From assembly GCA_040900005.1 (NCBI GenBank), contig JBBDZV010000040.1, positions 1-25,723 of the forward strand: a stretch of DNA of 25,723 bases. Direction: 5' to 3'. The first letter of the stretch is position 1. Each line of letters opens with the position of its first letter. The stretch is from Candidatus Saccharimonadales bacterium (GTDB taxonomy: Bacteria; Patescibacteriota; Saccharimonadia; Saccharimonadales; UBA10212). The notes beneath the pieces were generated by a model that did no database searches, was not told the DNA's origin, and saw nothing but the letters and a program-made list of their open reading frames with translations. The position numbers were made by a program, and so were the translations under genes. Shown one piece after another: positions 24,154 through 25,723 of this stretch.

Positions 24154-25653
24154 CTAATTCTGGGGAGACGTCGGTAGCGGTGGCGGCAAAGGCGGTGGAG
24201 CCGGTGGAGCAACATCAATAGACTCGGCCGGAGCCGGTGCCCCTGGTGCGCCGTTGGTTGGCAGGCTCAAAGAAGGAGTGCCGTTAGGCTCTGAACTGGG
24301 ATGGGCCGAGGGTTCGCCACCGAAGTTAGGCGTACCCAAATCCAGCGACTGAACGCCAGAAGATTCCGCCGGAGCGGTCGCCAGCGCAGTCTCCACAGCA
24401 TTTCTGGCCTGGTCTACGACCGGCGCCGAAATATCACCGGAGGCCTGGTTAGGTAAACCCTGGCCTAAAAGACTATCCCCGGGCCGTTTTGTTTCACTTA
24501 ATGGATCGATTGGAACACTGTTATAGGGGTCATACCATTCGGGCTGGGTAGCGGCGGTAAAAGGTGTGCCCAAGGCCGGTGGACGATTCTGTGGGTCTAA
24601 CAGCGAGTGTTGGCCGGGCATATCCGATGGTGGAATAGGTGCTTTGGGCGGCGTTGGCGGCAGAAGCGGCTCTATAGACTGCGGCTTCAAAGATGGCTGA
24701 GCAGCTGGTTTTGACCCGCTTCCCCCACTCGGCTGAATATTTCCCTGCTCATCTATGTGGATTTCCGTGGCGTCGACCTGGACTTCCGGACTATCCGGTT
24801 TTTTCTCGTCATGTGAGATATTCAGCATGCCGACGGGCGCAGCGGCCTTATCGGCCGATTTTGGAGTTTTTGGAAACTCCACTTTTTTAGGTACGGTACT
24901 GGTTGGCGGTTCTAGCTTACTGACGATAAGCTGCTGGTTGGCACCAGCGGCCATCAGTTGGGCGCTGATTGTCATTACTTTAGGAGAAGTCTTGGGGTTA
25001 GAAAAACGTTCCGTTTCGGCAACTATACCCGTCAAGAAGGCCGTAGCCATCTGATTATCTATCAATCCTGGTCCAAAAGCCTCGCTGATGCTGACTAGCA
25101 TCTCTGACAGGCTGCTGGCAGTAGGTTCTTGCCAGTTTATTTGTCCGACGTCGGGAGCCTTTCCGGGGCCGGCATTGACGGAAATGACCGTGGCATCATG
25201 CAGTATCCGCCCATGGGCGGTTATAGCGGCGTCAATCTGTGAACGATCATGGATACCAAGGGCCATTACTACTTCTACGTTGAAGTCGCCCTCGCTGAAT
25301 ACCAAGTCCTTCTGACTTAAGCTGGTCTTATACGGTGTTATGAATATCCGTACGACCTGATCTTCTACCTTATAGCGTAGCTTGTCGGCTTTAGATTTAT
25401 CTAGAGAAATAATGAAGTCGCGTAACGAGTCAGTGTTTGTCTCTAGAGTTTTGGCGGGCTGTAAGAACTCTATAGTAGAAGGTACTGTGCCGGAAAATAC
25501 CGCTGTGGCGTGCTTGCCCATCCGGTTTAGTAGCAGGGTCAGCCCTATACAGGAGGCCAGCTGGTCCACCGATGGGTTGTTGCTGACAGTAACCAATATA
25601 TTATTGGCCTGCTTTACGCGTTCTACAATCTGAGTTTTGGCTGCCGCATCCAT
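24154..25653 (-). CDS. DHH/NrnA-like protein with degenerate catalytic motifs and a long Pro-rich C-terminal tail
   Basis: NILVTVSNNPSVDQLAS, ASSLSEML, ATAFLTGIVAETERF, AAQLMAAGA align with DHH-family motifs; located upstream of truB, a usual position for this family. Confidence 0.8.
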   Translation of the reverse strand: MDAAAKTQIVERVKQANNILVTVSNNPSVDQLASCIGLTLLLNRMGKHATAVFSGTVPSTIEFLQPAKTLETNTDSLRDFIISLDKSKADKLRYKVEDQVVRIFITPYKTSLSQKDLVFSEGDFNVEVVMALGIHDRSQIDAAITAHGRILHDATVISVNAGPGKAPDVGQINWQEPTASSLSEMLVSISEAFGPGLIDNQMATAFLTGIVAETERFSNPKTSPKVMTISAQLMAAGANQQLIVSKLEPPTSTVPKKVEFPKTPKSADKAAAPVGMLNISHDEKKPDSPEVQVDATEIHIDEQGNIQPSGGSGSKPAAQPSLKPQSIEPLLPPTPPKAPIPPSDMPGQHSLLDPQNRPPALGTPFTAATQPEWYDPYNSVPIDPLSETKRPGDSLLGQGLPNQASGDISAPVVDQARNAVETALATAPAESSGVQSLDLGTPNFGGEPSAHPSSEPNGTPSLSLPTNGAPGAPAPAESIDVAPPAPPPLPPPLPTSPQN

Positions 25654-25723
25654 TTTTTTCTTTTTTGACTTTTTATTTAGGTGCTTCTTGAGGTCAGATT
25701 ACCATAACCAGGTTGCTTTAGCA

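Noticed and set aside
520-25633. The many antisense or alternate-frame ORFs in the track (e.g. 520-885, 9482-9970, 10335-10928, 16489-17154, 18887-19519, 22163-22474)
   Set aside because: They lie wholly over well-supported genes, lack recognisable motifs or initiation signals, and are the expected shadow ORFs.

Overview
Chromosomal window that most likely comes from a Candidatus Saccharibacteria (TM7, Patescibacteria/CPR) genome; this assignment is inferred from gene content, gene order and protein style. From 9077 to the end, nearly everything is on the minus strand and is housekeeping: a degenerate DHH protein, truB, rpsO, pnp, a family-4 UDG, rnj, ftsK, rpsF-ssb-rpsR, efp, a 2H phosphoesterase, tlyA, a CapA-family protein and a serine hydrolase, with a few orphans between them. 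The left end holds type IV pilus genes (pilM, the start of a pilN-like gene, a pilus-associated secreted protein). A plus-strand, AT-richer accessory block follows (PaaX/Cas2-like gene, membrane protein, large SGNH-hydrolase surface protein, stand-alone receiver domain), then a mini-pilin/coiled-coil pair and ychF. Three non-annotated signals stand out. (1) A 106-bp element with terminal inverted repeats and an apparent 4-bp target duplication sits exactly at the pilM-stop/pilN-start junction; removing it restores an ATGA overlap. (2) The PaaX/Cas2-like gene is bracketed by two palindromes sharing an 18-bp core. (3) An orphan gene with His-Me-nuclease-like motifs lies behind a long structured leader with an internal terminator and a stem enclosing its start codon. 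No rRNA, tRNA, CRISPR array, transposase or integrase was seen. All protein calls come from motif recognition by eye, not database searches.
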